Part shown: piece by piece, positions 26,591 to 38,135 of the stretch
Position numbering within the stretch: the stretch's first letter is position 1
Layout of the letters: each line of letters opens with the position of its first letter
Source: Camelus ferus
Lineage: Eukaryota
Reading direction: 5' to 3'
Assembly (NCBI RefSeq): GCF_009834535.1
Contig: NC_045697.1
Span: forward strand, 88,352,001 to 88,416,000
Length of the DNA stretch: 64,000 nt
Position numbers and translations under genes: made by a program
The notes under the pieces: model-generated
Seen by the model: only the letters and a program-made list of their open reading frames with translations
Database searches by the model: none
What the model was told of the DNA's origin: nothing

Positions 26591-26919
26591 GTGGAAACAT
26601 TAGGAAATACAAGAACCCCAGGTCGGTGAGCAGGGCAAAAGCAGATGACTTCCCCCATTGATCTGGGAAACGTCCCGATAGGCTTACATTCCTATCACCT
26701 GCTGTTCTCTCTGTGGGAGGGAGCACTCCACTCTCTCCTCTTTGGACTTTTCCCTTTAGGCTAAAATCTGCCAGTGAAACTGATTTCTATCTTTCCTTCC
26801 TGGAACTTGGTTTCACTCCCATCAAAATACTGCCTTTTTAGCTCCCCTGCACTGCTGGAGGAGATCATGTAGGATGACCCAGCTCTTTAGGAAAACATTT
26901 TGGCGTGAAGGGTCACAAT

Positions 26920-27400
26920 GTTTAAAAATATCCATAGCTTTTTATCTTTTAATCTTACTTCCAGGAATCTATCTTAAGGAGTAATTCTAAATGTCATTAA
27001 AGAGTCAGTCATATGTTCATCAGTAAGTTGTGTAATTTATAGTTGCCAAAAATTGAAAGAAAACTAAATGTCCAGAGTAGGGGAATGGTGAGGTCACAGT
27101 ATATTGAGGTAATAAAATATTGTGTTATCAAATGGTATTAAAGAGTTTGAAATAAAAGCTTGGAGACTTTATTTGCAAAACGGTTAAGTGGAGAAAGTAA
27201 GATACAAAATTGATTGTATGATATGATTTTTTTCTCTGTGAACAAAAAATAAATAGAAAAATATTTGGAAAAAAGCATACTGAAATGTTAACAGTGGTAT
27301 TTCTGGATGCTGGATTTCTTTCTTGTTCATATTCATTTATTATTTTTTTAATCAGTCAGATTTTATTATTATCAGAATAAAAATAGGATGAAATAAAAAA
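26920..27400 (+). mobile_element. L1ME-like 3' UTR
   Basis: cttccaggaatctatcttaagga, aactaaatgtcca, aaatgttaacagtggt. Confidence 0.65.
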
Positions 27401-28266
27401 AAATGTTTAAAATTCAAGAGCTTACTCATCTCAGTATTCATGATGGTGTTCCTGAGGAAGTTGTTTATGACCATGGTTTGTTGAGCTGAGCTAATATGCT
27501 TCTCAAGTTTCCTGCCAAAGGTTTCTTAAGATTCATCAGCTTCCTTCTCCTCATGACAATGGAGCTAACTAGAGTGTTCCCTGTAGTAACTGAAAACAGC
27601 CATCAGCTCTTGAAATTTTAATGAATTTTAACACTTTGCAGCTATTGCATGCAGCTCTTTCAAGCATCAAAGTATCCAATAAATCCAGAATAAACTTTAG
27701 AAAAAAATTGTGATGTGGGTGGTTTGTCTTCTTCAACACCTTACCTCTTTCTCAAGACCCTCATCCTATTTTCACTGGCAACTTCTTTCTCAGTTTATTC
27801 TTCTTCCTGTTTACCTACTATTGGCTTCTTTCTGGACTCCACTGGAAGCTGCCCTTCTCCAAAAATAATCCTTTTATTTTAGCTCTTCTACCCAGTCATT
27901 TCCCCAGTTCATTTTCCACTAAAAAATGATTTATCTTTTTCAAATCTTCAGTGCATTAATTTTTGCTAAATTAGAATAAAAAATACATATATACATATAC
28001 GTCTAATGAATAAGGTGCTACCTCCTCCACCCAGATAACGTACATATTTACTAAGGTGCTTGCAATGTAGTAGAAAAAGCAATGGACTTGTAAATTAGTA
28101 TTTACTTCGTATAGTTCTTAGATGAAATAATACATATTAAGCCACTACATACATTTTTCTATTTATAAGAATTCTCTTTCTAAAAAATAATATTCAGAAA
28201 AATCCTCATTAAACATCTTATCTTATTACTCTTCAAAATTTTTCATTTTGCTGCTGTGGTCTATAG

Positions 28267-28488
28267 CAAGGGTCAGTGAACGCTTTCTGTGACGAGCCAG
28301 GCAGCTAATACGTTAGGTTTTGCAGCCTATATGATCTTTGTTGCAACTACTCACTCTGCTCACACAGTCTGGAAGCTGTCATGGGCAATACTTAACTGAA
28401 TGAGCGTAGCTGTTTTCCAGTGAGACCTCACTTACAAAAGTAGGAGGCAGGTCAGATTCGGTCTACCAGCAAAAGTTTATCATCCCTA
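28267..28488 (+). mobile_element. MER58A hAT-Charlie MITE, full length
   Basis: Colinear with the MER58A pattern (gcaactactca, gctgttttcca); 8-bp TSD gtctatag / gtttataa. Confidence 0.85.
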
Positions 28489-28780
28489 GTTTATAAGATA
28501 AAGACTATTCCATATAAAATGCTATTAGTGGCCCTTCCAAATTGGCTGTAGTCTGCTTCTTCCTGGATATCTTATTAATTCATTTCTCTTTTTGTTCAAG
28601 CTGTTCTTTAATTTTTATAAAATATCCTCAGCCTTTTCTCTGTCTGTTCTTTCCGTAAACCAGCTCTCAACTACTTAAGCTCTAGACAAGATATCACTTT
28701 CTCCATGACCCTCTCTACTCTCTTTTGTTTCTACAACTTTTTTGTGCCTAAACTGCAATACATTTTTTTGCAACTCTATT

Positions 28781-28929
28781 CTTTTATATTTCTCCTAGTT
28801 TTATTGAGCTATAATTGGCAAATAAAACTGTATATGGTTAAAATGTACGAGATGATTTGATATACCTATCTATTGTGAAATGATTACCAAAATAAGGTTA
28901 ATTAACACATCCATCACCTTACCTAGTTA

Positions 28930-28971
<42 letters not shown>

Positions 28972-29707
28972 TGAGAAAGCTGAAGATTTACTCTCTTAGC
29001 AAATTTCAAGTACACGGTACAGTATTATTAGCTATAGTCACTGTGCTGTACATTAGAGCCCCAGAAGTTACTCACCTTATAGTTTGTATCCTTTGGCCAG
29101 CATCTCCTCAATTCCTCCACTCTGAAGCCCTGGTGACCATCTTTTACTCTTTGTTTCTATGTGTTTGATAATTTTCTTAAATTCCACATATAAGTGAGAT
29201 CATAGTGTTTGTCTTTCTCTGAATTATTTACTTAGCAAGATGTTTTCCAGGTTCATCCATGTGTCTCAAATGGCAGGATTTTCTTCTTTTTTTAAGGCTG
29301 AATAATATTCCATTGTATATATATACCACATTTTCCTTATCCATTCATCTGTCAGCAGATACTTGAGTTGTTTCTATACTTTGGCTATTATGAATAATGC
29401 TACAGCAAACATAGGAGTGCAGATACCTCTTAGAGACAGTGATTTGGTTTCCTTTGGATATATACCCAAGAGTGAAATTGATGGATCATATGGCAGTTCT
29501 ATTTTTAATTTCTTGAGGAACCTCTGTACCATTTTCTATAGTAACTGGACCAATTTACAATCCCACCAACAGTGTACAGGGGCTCCCTTTTTCCACATAC
29601 TCACCACTTGTTATCATTTGTCTTTTTGAGCATAGCTATCCTAACAGGTATAAGGTGAGGTCTCACTGTGGCTTTGCTCTGCATTTGCCTCATGAGTAGT
29701 GGTGTTA
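28781..29707 (-). mobile_element. L1MA9-like 3' UTR and ORF2 end
   Basis: ttttattgagctataattg, ctctcttagcaaatttcaagta, ggctgaataatattccattg, tcccaccaacagtgtac. Confidence 0.9.
28932..28970. repeat. (GT)19 microsatellite inside L1
   Basis: Perfect repeat seen directly. Confidence 0.95.
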
Positions 29708-30125
29708 AAGTTGTGTGCCCAACCTCCCTCTGCCCCTCAGTCATGCGGATCACCTCAGCATTCTGGATGGAGCAGGAAAGAAGTGGTCCTCTTTGTCAGC
29801 ATCCTACACACTGGGGAAGCCAGATGCTCACACACTCTCACTCTCCCCTGCAGGAGAAATGGAGAGCCAGGGGGTCTTTCTTGGCACTGAGTTGTGTCTC
29901 CTTGAGGAGGAGGATGGGGTAAATTGACACTCTTCCTCCTCCCTCTTTAATGGATCCAACCTCAGATTTTTTTTTTTTCTCCCTCTAATGATATGCTAGA
30001 ACTTCTTAGCTGGACTTCTGGACTCCTAAGAGGTATTCTCATCCATGGATAATTGTCAAAATTGGTGTTCTTCGTGGGGAAGAGAATAGAAAATAGGAAT
30101 TCCATTGTCTTCCTGATGTAACTCC
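29708..30125 (-). mobile_element. L1 5' UTR / extreme 5' end (L1M3/L1MA9-era)
   Basis: Ends in ttgtcttcctgatgtaactcc (minus strand GGAGTTACATCAGGAAGACAA, resembling the L1 start GGAGTGACGTCAGCAAGATGG); tcttggcactgagttgtg motif. Confidence 0.65.
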
Positions 30126-30859
30126 ACAATTCTTGATTATTTAGGGATAGATGAGCTAGATTTCATGTTGCAGAGTCAAAAGAATAGATGTTGCATCATC
30201 AAAAAATCTCAAACTCTCAGGAATCAGTAAAAAATTTTTTAAAAGCCTCTATTATTTTTAATTATAATGAGCAAAATATGCCATGTTGTAGTTAATATAA
30301 AGCGTGAAAGCCAGTCTCTCTTGCCCATTAGATATATAACTCAATAATTAAAAGTTTGATTCAATAAAAAACATCTAGTACCTTACATTCAGTAAAATAT
30401 AGAATAATTACAAAAAGAAAGTATGAGTGAGCAACTTCAATTAGAATACAACAAAAGCATTGCATGATTTATTTTTTCTTGAAAAAGATAAATAATCAAT
30501 TTATTTCATCTGTAATTTTGTCCAGTTTTGTAAACAGTCTAAAAAGGTGAAAAAATCATAAATTCTTCTTCATAGGATGACTTTAAGAAGGTAATTCTGA
30601 TTGGCTTCTCAAAAAACTTGGGCACAAGAAATTCCTGTGTCCTAATTCACCTGCTGTGGAAAGAACAAACTCTTCCCTTCACACTCTTGGCATGTTAGAT
30701 AACATCGCTAACATACCTTTTGGCAAACTACCTGATGAAAATAACATTGATGAGTGACTTGACTTTTATACGTGTGAATCAGAGCTGGAAGAAGTTGAGG
30801 GTAACCATTGCCAACATAATTAAATGATTTTGTAAATTCTGATCGTAACATCAAACAAT

Positions 30860-31060
30860 ACTACAGTGCTAGGCACTCTTCTAAATACTTAACATTTATT
30901 AACTCATTTGATCTTCAAATAACCCCATTTGCCAGTTGAGGGAACAGGCACAGAAAGTTCAAATTAGTAGCCCAAGAACACGCGAGTTGCAAAAGGCAAC
31001 GACAAGACCGAAACAGAGACAGCCTGGCCCCAGGATCTGGGCCGTCAACCACTGTGCTTT
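30860..31060 (-). mobile_element. MIR SINE
   Basis: gtgctaggcactcttctaa...attaactcatttgatcttca...aaccactgtgct. Confidence 0.75.
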
Positions 31061-31614
31061 GTTTTTCAAGAAGGGTTACCATCAGGAAGGTGACACGTGG
31101 GGCTGGGCTGGGCTTGCTTGCTTACGCTGTCTCTATATGGGAGGTGCATCTGATTAAATATGTTGAGCCATTTCTACACTTGCTGAAATCTTCTCTTTCT
31201 GCCCCTATACCCCACTGACAAGTTAATTGAAATTTGTCTCTCTATGATAGTAATTCATAGTTTTTAGTAGTTCTGCCTTTTTTTCCATGGACTATGGAAA
31301 CTTCCAATTCAGTGGAAGTTCTAGTTCTTTTGGCATTTAAAACTTTTGCACAGAGCTTGGAATTTAAGAGGTGTTCAATAGAATGCTTGTTGCATAGATG
31401 AATCAATGATAAAATGCCATGAATAATATTAAGATGTTTGAGAGGACCCAAGAACTGGAATCAAACTTCCCTGCTCAAGTTCTGAAGTAATGACAGAAAG
31501 ACAAAACAGGCAGCATTCGGAAGGGAAAATTTCAACTCTGATATTTCAAGCTGATGTTGGAAAATATAGTTTATGTCTGTTAACAGATGCAAGATTAAAG
31601 AGCACTTAATTTTT

Positions 31615-32121
31615 TATATTTACTACTTATTGCTGTGTAAAAATGATCTCCAGACTTAGCAGCTAGAACAATAGTAAATGTTTATTCTGTCACATTTTCT
31701 ACAGATGCGGAATTCAGCCAGCATGTTTCTGGCTCAGGGTCTCCTATGAAGTTGCAGTCAAGATGTTGGTTTAGGTCACAGTTGAAAGCTTACTTGGGGT
31801 TAGAGGATCTTATTCCAAGAGAGCTCAAGCATATTGCTGACAAATTGGTGCTGGATGTTGGCAGCAGGCCTCAGTTTCTCCGAATTATTTAAATGTTTTC
31901 ATGACATTGGCAGCCGGCTTCCCCTAAAGGGGGTAACCCAAGACAGAGCAAGAGAGAAGACGCAATTTCTTTTATGGCTTAGCAGTCACACCTTGTCATT
32001 TCTGCATTATCTTATTAGTTTCATAAGTCAGCTGGTTTCAGTGTGGGAGGGGACTACCCAGTGGCAAGAATACGAGAAGGCTCGGGTCATTGGGTGGCCT
32101 TATTGGGTGCTGGCTACCACG
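31615..32121 (-). mobile_element. MaLR solo LTR (MLT1F-like)
   Basis: ttctggctcagggtctcctatgaagttgcagtcaagatg...gctggctaccac; accounts for ORF 31834-32262. Confidence 0.85.
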
Positions 32122-32304
32122 CCTCCTGTCACTAGCAGCCTTGAACTGGGAGGAGGCTCCCTCCATCATCTGTGGAGCTCACCTCTGGGAGAACACAGCA
32201 GAGGAAACACAGCTCCTAGTTTCTACAGAGCTCACCACAGAGAGAGAGAAAGGAGGCGCTGACCTGTGAGTCCCCGGCAAGTGTCTACCACGATGTTTCG
32301 CTAC

Positions 32305-32430
32305 TTCATAACTTGTTTACTTGTTCGATGGCTTCCTCCCCAACTCAATGATAAGCTGTCAGGGTCAGGAACCTGTTTGCCTTGGGCACCACTGAACGTC
32401 CAGCACTCAGCATAGCACCTGGTACAACAC
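32305..32430 (+). mobile_element. L2 3' tail
   Basis: cttcctccccaact...taagct...agcatagcacctgg. Confidence 0.6.
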
Positions 32431-33169
32431 ACTCTGGTTAAACCTTGAAAGAAAAAAGCAATGTGGTTATGATCTGCGTCTTCACACAGAAATTTCTGAA
32501 ATTCATCTGTTGATGGAAAGGATTCTTTTCAGTAGCTTCAAGACATATTCTCTGTATATCTCTATGCAAACATGAATCTTCCCCATTTAAAACTTTTAAA
32601 ACAATAGAGTGCAAAATAATGTCAATTGATAACTCATAGAAGTACTTTTGGGGGATTATTTTATAATATTATCCTTATTAATGGCCAACTTAAATCTTTT
32701 TTCATGTGGGAGATGTTCTGAGGTACACACAAAGAAACAGTAGCTGATTAAATTTATCCTTGCTCAAAGGACAAAAACTCATGTTTTAAAAATCTCAAAA
32801 TGATTCTCATGAAGTGGAACATGGAAAATTAACCACACTGATTAAGTTAATATCTCAAGAAAAATGAACCCTTTAATTTTCTTGGACTGTTTAGCATCAG
32901 AACAAAGAAATATCTTAAGCAGCATCTTAAGAGAGAGATTTCTGGCATTGGTTATACACCGTACTGGTTTAACAAAACACTGTAGTGGCCATTTCTCTCC
33001 ATTCTATTCTAAAATTTCAATCTAATTGATTTTGAAATTCTGTAGTCAACTCTTATTGAGTTCCACCAATAAAGTCAAGGTTACTTTTCTCAAATTTATC
33101 CTAGACAGCCTGCATCACCTATGCCGAGGGGAATATGTGTGTCAGATTCTGAGACATCCAGACATAATG

Positions 33170-33355
33170 GTGGAAGTACTGAGCTTAACAGACATGAATT
33201 TCATCCTCAGTATTACCACATCTTATAAACTAAATTTGTTACTTCAATTTTACTCTTCCTATTGAACTAAAATATGAGGACAATAGTCTATTGTTAGAAT
33301 TAAATAAGGAAGTCAGTATAAAGAAATTTTTAACTGCAAAGAACTTTACAAAGTT
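33170..33355 (+). mobile_element. MIR-family fragment
   Basis: agacatgaatttcatcctcag...aaaatatgaggacaata...ttgttagaattaaataag. Confidence 0.45.
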
Positions 33356-33584
33356 GGGCAGTGATTGTGGTCATCTTTACCAAAACTCTATGAATTATGA
33401 CACTAGCTTAAAGGATTTATGCTCATAAATTTGTATGAGGTGTTAGTGGTGGAATTATTATTTCCCACTTTTAAGGCTTTCTTCCATTATGACACTCCTG
33501 GCCTCTTGCCACTGTCTTGTTCTCTTTGCTCTAGGTGAATTGGGATCACTAATCAGATTGTTGAGTTTGGAGAAAGACACATGG

Positions 33585-34260
33585 CCCAAGTTTCTTGGTA
33601 CTACACTGAGTGCTGGACATTCAGTGGTGCCCAAGGCAAATGCATCTCTGGTCCTTAGAGCTTATAATTGAGTTGGGGGGAGGCAAAGCCATTAAATAAG
33701 TAAGAAAGTTACTAAGTAGTGAAACATTGTAGTAGATACTTGCTTTGGACTAAATTATGCCCCCTACCCCAATACTTACATTGAAGCCCTAACCCCCATG
33801 ACTATACTGGAGATAGGGCTTTTGAGGAGGTGACCAAGGTTAAATGAGGTCATAAGGGTGGAGCCCTGATCTGATGGAAGTGGTGCCCTTCTAAGAAGAG
33901 AAAGAGACATGGGACATCTCTTCTCTGTCATACATGGGAGGACACCGTGAGAAAGCCATCTGTGAGCCAGGAATGGAGTTCTCACCAGAACTAGATCATA
34001 CCAGCACTCTGAGTTCAGACTTTCAGGCTCCAAGACTGAGAAAACACATTTCTGTTGTTGAAGCTTCTAGGCTGTGGCGTTTTGTTATGGCAGCCTGAGC
34101 TAACTGAGACAGTACTCTACAAGGAAAGCGTAGATTTATCTGAAAGATCATAAGGGGCCTGCTTTAGATTGGGAGATTGGGGAAAGCCTTTTCAAAGGGA
34201 TGGTAAGGCTGGACTTGGAGAATGAGTAATGAGCAGCTGTGGGCATTGCAGGCCGAGGTC
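33585..34260 (-). mobile_element. L2 fragment interrupted by MLT1A
   Basis: cactgagtgctgg...tggtccttagagcttataatt; resumes with ggggaaagccttttc. Confidence 0.55.
33741..34111 (+). mobile_element. MaLR solo LTR (MLT1A-like)
   Basis: aggttaaatgaggtcataagggtggagccct...ttttgttatggcagcctgagctaactgagaca; TSD atact / gtact. Confidence 0.9.
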
Positions 34261-35494
34261 ACAAGGTTAATAAAGATCTTCCCCCATTTGGATGGCCTCT
34301 GTACCTGTGAATGTATGTTTCAGCAGAATAACATGTTTGTTATCTCTGTTTGGAAAGCTTTTCTAGTTCTTACCATGACATCACCGCATGATTTGTTTCA
34401 GAGATGCTGTTACACTGAAGAATAATATGGGAGTTCAAATAGGCCCCAAATCAAAGCATAAACCTATCAGAAATATCCAGAAAATGCATTGTTTCCAACA
34501 AGGTTTCTAGGCTTCAAAGTGGATGATGTCCCATAAAATTTTCATCTGAGTTAATTGTCCAAATGTGTTAACTTGGTCTGTGAAGTAGTTTTCCAAAATG
34601 ACTTTAATCTGACCTTGGAAACCAGTCTACATCTACAAGTCCTTTCATTTTCATTTATGTGAGACCTAAAAGAAAGTCTTAATGTGTAAGCATCTTTAAT
34701 TCAAATAAGTTCTTATGGTTATTTTACTGCTTAAAAAGTAAATTAAGCACTGCATCTGATGCTTTCAATACAGGAAACTCTTAACAACAGAAAACCTTGG
34801 TCTACCTTGTTTGTTGCAACTACAGCAGATTTTGATTTTTCTGTTTTCTGCATATGTATTTTCTGATGCTAGGTATTGCCTTATTTATGTGAGCATTTCC
34901 AAGCTCTAGGCTGGTTATAAGTGCATGCTGAGAGTTTCATGAAGTTTTATTGGCATGTCCTTTTTAACTTAAAAAGTGTAAATGATATGCAATTGTCTTT
35001 TAAAGTAAAACATAACATATTGATGGTAGAAAGGTGAATTTTAGGTTTCTATATCAAGTAATTGAATGATAAGCTTTGGTACCATTGTTGATAAATATGG
35101 GTCAATTTTCCTTTTGATGAAATTTAAAGATATGCTTTTAATTTATGATATGATATCTTGTTGTTATGTTGTGATACTTTTGGTTCAAAGAGACTGGGTG
35201 ACAAGAAAACAGGCAGGGAAATGAGAAGTAAGGCGGTTGGTCCCATTTGTCCTGCAGCACAACAATCCACGGAGCGCTTCTGGGGGATGGTTGGAATAAA
35301 GCTTCCTAATTAGGAAAGTGAAGAAAGCCACAGCCTGTGATCTGGATTTTATGAAATAGTATCTCTCTTATCGTTCACAGAATAAGCTTTTCCGGTTACA
35401 TACACAATAATTATAGTCCTGTGTGATTTGCCTGAAAACTATTAAGATCATGTTGTGTTTTGGGACCTTTCATTAGAAACGTTTCGGGATCATT

Positions 35495-35720
35495 GACTGT
35501 GTAGCTAGACTGCCAACGTTAGAATCCTGGCTTTGGTGCTGACAAGCTTTGTGGACTTGAACAAGTTACTTACCCTCTCTGGACCTCATTTCTTCACTTG
35601 TAAAGTGGAGATAATACTACTGCCTGCTTAATAGTGTTCACTGAAGATCCGAGGCTTTATTTATGTAAAGTACTCAGAACAGTAGCCCACATGTTGTTAG
35701 TGCTCCGAAAGATGTTTGTT
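35495..35720 (+). mobile_element. MIR SINE
   Basis: gaatcctggct...acttgaacaagttacttaccctctctggacctcatttcttcacttgtaaagtggagataata core. Confidence 0.85.
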
Positions 35721-36359
35721 CAATACATAATAATGGACATTCATATTAAAATACAAATGTGTTACTATAAATTACAGGCAAAGGATTGAAAATCTTTATT
35801 AAGTGCTCCTAATCATTGAGTGGAGTTCATGGGAGAATAGTTCAAATCCAAAGCTTCTGATTTTTAAGTCTGTCTGCCATATGTGTCCCTGGTTTCTTTC
35901 TAATTAAGCTTCATAGATTTAGAAATTCTCTGCTACAGAGGGCTGGAATATAAGAAAAGTTAAATATAGCTCTATAAAGGATAAAATCAAACATCTTTAA
36001 GGAAAGCTGACCTGTATGTGTAACATAAGGGCAACCCCCAAGGATGTGACCGGCTGCCTCGCTGTGAGCCATTGTGATCCACGTAGAAATGCATGTGATC
36101 CTCTTCTCCGAGAAGGAACAAAAAGCTGCAGTGGAAACAAAAAGTCCGGTTCATAGCATAAGGACATAAAATTAGCCATGTCATTGAAATAAAGTGAACA
36201 ACTCCTTGCCACTTAAAATTCCTTTAGGAATGAACAAGATGTAAATCAGTGACAAATAGATGAAATTATTTATTACAAACTACTTCAAAGAATACTTTTT
36301 GAATATGTGAATTAAGGAAGACTTTGAAAAGGTCAGAACAAAGCAGACAAAGACTTCCT

Positions 36360-36556
36360 CGGGCAGCCCAGACAGACGTGCGTTAGAGGGCTGCACTGAC
36401 GTCCGGCCCCTGCGCCCAGACACCCGGAGAACCAGAGCAGGCGTCTGGCACCTGCTGAGCCAGACGGAGCACCGAGGCTGAAACCCCCTGCTGGGAGGCG
36501 TGGCTGCCTGAGGAAAGGACAGGTTCCTAGCTGCTCCCCTTGACCTCTGTCGCCGG
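36360..36556. promoter_or_regulatory. Isolated GC/CpG-rich patch with CTCF-like and CRE-like motifs
   Basis: 13 CpGs in ~197 bp; minus-strand CCAGCAGGGGGT at 36483-36494; TGACGTC at 36397-36403. Confidence 0.4.
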
Positions 36557-36969
36557 TTTATGATATTATGAAAAGGATAACTCTATATTTCAGGGAGTTA
36601 TTAGAATTCGTGAGATACCTAAAGGAACTTAAGGCGTTGAATATTACTATCACTGAAAATATGAAATGTGTAAGAAATGTATAATGATTCTATACACGAG
36701 TTGTGAATAGGTTGCCTTCTGACGTGTGGAAATGAACGTGTATTGACATTGGGTCACATCTCTGTCATCCGAGCCAATTCCTAGTTTCCTGCATTGGGGT
36801 AATAATTGACTTTGTTTCATTCTTAGCTGTTTTTTCTTAAAATCTTTGTCCTTCAAAATGTTTTTGGGTCTTTGGGTTTTAACGGCCACTAATTTTATAG
36901 GTTAGTACAGACTAGCGGACAAAAAAAGAGAGACAATTCAGTCTAAGTGGTGAGGAGCTGTGTCAGCAA

Positions 36970-37680
36970 AGGTTTCTCATATGTTACTTGACTGGGCCCA
37001 TTAGAAAGCTGGGTAATGCCCAGTGCTGGCAGAAAGGTGTGGGTATGGAAACCCTCAGCCGTTCTGGCCAACAGCCTGGCACTATTTGGAAATATTAAGC
37101 ATAAACACAGCTCATAACTCAGGAGTTCTTCTTCAGGGTCCATGTACCAAAGAAGTTCTTACATGTTCATAATGGGGCATTGTCATCGCAACATTCATGC
37201 ATGTGTGAGGTGCCTGTGTGTGAGTATTCCTGTGGGTGTGAGTGTATGCAAGTGTGTATATGTGAGAATGAGTGTGAATGAGAGAGAGTGTGTGTGTGTG
37301 TGTGCATGCACATGTGATGAAAGATTCATCCAGGCAACCCAAATGACCAACATTGGGAGAGTGGACACATCATGGAATATATACAACAATCAGATACAAG
37401 GATTACTCAGAGTAAGAGCAATGTAGTTAGATCTTAAATACAAAGTATTTAGTGAAAAGTAAGAAACAAAGAGAACTTTATTTTTTTTTCAAAGAGAACT
37501 TTAAAACAGCACATTTACATACATTTGAAAATGCATGTGTTCAAGCTATAGAGTTTGGAAACATATACAGATAAACTCATTCTCATTAAACAATGAATAA
37601 TTGCAGTGTTGCATGTGGCAGAGGGAGGGACAGGAGTGGATGAGCAGCTAAAAAGTAATAAATAAATTCCTACAACAAGA
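36970..37680 (+). mobile_element. Very old L1 (L1ME-like) ORF2 end / 3' UTR with internal TG-rich expansion (37200-37315)
   Basis: gtaatgcccagtgctggc...ggaaaccctca; gatcttaaatacaaagtatttagtgaaaagtaag. Confidence 0.55.
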
Positions 37681-37764
37681 GGGCACCTTTGGACCCATGA
37701 TGATAATGAGGCACGAAATGAGCACATGCACAGGCTAGAATCTGTAAATACATAAAATGACTGA

Positions 37765-38135
37765 CGAGGGATTCCCAGAGGAATTGAGGTTTAAGATGGG
37801 TTTTGTGCGTGTGAGCAGCAGTTGACCAGGCAAAGTGGTGGAGAGGGAAAACTTACTAGAAAGAAGAGGACTCTAGCCTGTTCTGAGCAGTAGAAGCTGG
37901 AAATCAATGGTTTGAAGTCAAAAGTGCTTACCTTCCACAGGGGGTTGTAGGTCAGTCTGTGCAGGACAAGGGCGCAGACGTCACAGTGAATCTGTGAGAT
38001 GAAAAAACTGAGAGGCAGGCAGGGTCTGCCCGATGCTGGACCTCGCCATCCGCGTCTCCATGTCTGCATGGGACTCTGAAGGTGATGGGGAGGATGTTCA
38101 ACTAGACAGTGATATGATTCTTCTTTTTGTATTTT
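37765..38135 (-). mobile_element. L2 fragment
   Basis: ttcccagaggaa...gcagttgaccaggcaaag...agtgatatgatt. Confidence 0.5.

Noticed and set aside
31834..32262. 142-aa ORF
   Set aside because: Lies mostly within an antisense MLT1F-like LTR
32839..32849. Perfect DUX-type motif TAACTTAATCA (minus strand); near match at 50811 in MLT1E
   Set aside because: Roughly one such match is expected by chance in 64 kb of AT-rich DNA
37133..37426. His/Thr- and Cys/Val-rich ORFs (also at 28932 and 42509)
   Set aside because: Translations of (TG)n/(CA)n repeats
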